Assembly: GCA_965249715.1 (NCBI GenBank) | Contig: CBDFMP010000049.1 | Location: 8,547-72,546 of the forward strand | Reading direction: 5' to 3' | From: Spirochaetota bacterium | Lineage (GTDB): Bacteria; Spirochaetota; UBA12135; COTS27 | Length of the DNA: 64,000 bases | In this document: one piece after another, positions 62,226 through 64,000 of the stretch | Layout: each line of letters begins with the position of its first letter | Numbering within the stretch: position 1 is the stretch's first letter | Position numbers and translations under genes: made by a program | Notes under the pieces: generated by a model | Database searches by the model: none | Told to the model about the DNA's origin: nothing | What the model saw: only the letters and a program-made list of their open reading frames with translations

Positions 62226-63593
62226 TTATGTATGAGCTTGGGTAGCAATGGGGGAAGTAAAAAAGGCAGTTGCGAATTGGGTTGCCGCTAAATGATCACT
62301 GAGTGCCATAAACTCGCGGATATTGTGCATGGAAAGCATGGGACTGCCAAGATCAATAGTCGGTACACCCGTTGTACTGGCGAGAATGGGACCGATGGTA
62401 CTGCCAGTGGGCAGATCGCCGCGCGTGCGGAAGTGTTGCAATGGAATTTTCGCCTGCGCGGCTATTTCTTTGGCAATGCGCTCAGTATGAGCATCGCTCA
62501 TGTAGCGCAGTTGGCTGTTGTGTTTGAGTACAGGACCGCCGCCCAATAGTGGTTTGCTGATTTCACTGTGGAAGTTGGGATAATTAGGATGCACGCCATG
62601 TGCCATATCGGCAGAAATAATAAATGAACGACTGAGTGCTTGCAAGAACTCCGCACGCGCAGCGGCTGCTGGACGATAACCTAAAATAATGCGCTCAAGT
62701 GTATGCAGAAATTGTTTGGAAGCGGCACCCGTGGCGCTTTGGCTGCCCACTTCTTCATGGTCGAAAATTGCAAAAACGGGAATATGCGGCAGACTTAACG
62801 GCGCCTTGACACTGGCAATGAAAGCGTTCATGCCTGAGTATGTCATCGCCAGGTTATCCAGCTTAGCAGCGGCTATAAATTCATGATGAAGTCCCAAACG
62901 CGCCGGCGGTTCTGCAGGACTGAAATTCAATTCAATGCTGCTGAGCTGTTTGCGGGTGACTTGCAGCGTTTGGGCAATGAGCTGCTGCAGGGCATTAGCG
63001 GCGGCTGCTTTGGGATTGGCTGCTGGTCGCGTGGACGGGAGCAGTCCGAGTACGGCGCGTAATTCCACCTCGGCATTGGGGATAGCGGATTTGTGGTCGC
63101 GATTGTGCTTGAAATGCACCGCCGCAGACGGAATGGTGAAACGATGGGATTGCAAATGGATAAGCTTAGGCTCAGCATCCCCTGTGATGAAACAGCGTCC
63201 CGCTAAATGAAGGTCGCGATTAAACCAGCTAGTGGCATTGAACCCACCATAAGGCTCAGTGAGGACGACTATGCAATTTTCCTTGCTGAGTGCTGTTGTG
63301 CTTTTAAGTTTCAGTACAGGAGAATCACTATGCGCCGCCCAGATAACAAAGGCTGCGCGCTGAGTGACGGGCGGCAATGCAAAAGCAATGAAACTGCCGC
63401 CCTGACTGTAACTGTACACACCGCCCGCTTCCAATGTCCACTCCGCAGTGGGAACTAACTCCCTGGCATTGGGAATGGCGCGCCGCAGCATGGTGCCAAG
63501 CTCTGCTGTTACGTGATACGGCGATGGCGTTTGGCTTAGAAATTGTAAGAAGCCATCAGCCGCTGCTGCCTCAGTAGCGGATTGTCCGTTCAC
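62226..63593 (-). CDS. M18 family aspartyl aminopeptidase
   Basis: AHSDSP, WFNRDL, LDNL, DHEEVGS, SADMAH.VHPNY, GSTIGP, LSMH.IRE. Confidence 0.95.
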   Translation of the reverse strand: MNGQSATEAAAADGFLQFLSQTPSPYHVTAELGTMLRRAIPNARELVPTAEWTLEAGGVYSYSQGGSFIAFALPPVTQRAAFVIWAAHSDSPVLKLKSTTALSKENCIVVLTEPYGGFNATSWFNRDLHLAGRCFITGDAEPKLIHLQSHRFTIPSAAVHFKHNRDHKSAIPNAEVELRAVLGLLPSTRPAANPKAAAANALQQLIAQTLQVTRKQLSSIELNFSPAEPPARLGLHHEFIAAAKLDNLAMTYSGMNAFIASVKAPLSLPHIPVFAIFDHEEVGSQSATGAASKQFLHTLERIILGYRPAAAARAEFLQALSRSFIISADMAHGVHPNYPNFHSEISKPLLGGGPVLKHNSQLRYMSDAHTERIAKEIAAQAKIPLQHFRTRGDLPTGSTIGPILASTTGVPTIDLGSPMLSMHNIREFMALSDHLAATQFATAFFTSPIATQAHT

Positions 63594-64000
63594 GCGGCGG
63601 CCTCGCTGAGAAAGGCTGCACCAAATACACCGGCACTATCGCCCCACTTAGGTTGTGCTATTTTTGTCGGAAAATACGTATTGAATGTGTGCCGCTGCAC
63701 AGCTTCCACGCCAAGCGTGGTGAGCTCAGTAATGTTCCCCACACCGCCGCCCAATACAATGATGTCCGGATCCAAAATATTCACCACTGCTGATATGCCC
63801 AAACCAAAAAAATAAATGAGCCGTTCTATGGTCTCAGTCGCAGACTTATCGTTTCCGCGTTTATACGCATTGTAAATTTCACTGAGCTTTTTTGTGCGCT
63901 TGGCATCGTAAAAACGCTCCAATGCAGGACCCGAGAGGATCGTTTCCACACACCCCACCTTCCCGCAATAACACTTTCCACCCGATAAGTCCAGGTAATT
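63590..64000 (-). CDS. ROK family sugar kinase, 3' part
   Basis: CYCGKVGCVE, LDPDIIVLGGGVGN, GDSAGVFGAA; runs off the window. Confidence 0.9.
   Translation of the reverse strand, partial: NYLDLSGGKCYCGKVGCVETILSGPALERFYDAKRTKKLSEIYNAYKRGNDKSATETIERLIYFFGLGISAVVNILDPDIIVLGGGVGNITELTTLGVEAVQRHTFNTYFPTKIAQPKWGDSAGVFGAAFLSEAAA

Overview
Bacterial chromosomal window, probably from a spirochaete (inference: NusA with a C-terminal CxxC..CxxC zinc ribbon, FapA, FlgM-like gene next to a LamG/FN3 gene). It is mostly housekeeping: murJ, ilvC, cimA, SRP RNA-dnaX-ybaB-recR-dxr, cysH-cysD-cysN, recC-recB plus a broken recD, birA, nusA-infB-rbfA, a liv-type ABC transporter with azlCD, hemB, an M18 peptidase and a ROK gene. 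There is an AT-rich accessory island at about 55.0-61.1 kb. The most striking feature is that about a dozen gene ends or gene junctions are followed directly by one to six tandem 'echoes' of the gene's own terminus, together roughly 8 kb. Junctions show short microhomologies, copies are mosaic, and several form in-frame chimeric ORFs. Some echoes differ from the live gene mainly at synonymous sites, so they look like displaced ends of other functional alleles. At hemB, three such relics separate foreign cargo genes and get more divergent with distance, like a polarised cassette array. No integrase, transposase or reverse transcriptase is visible in the window. Assembly artefact must be excluded for the most scrambled arrays.
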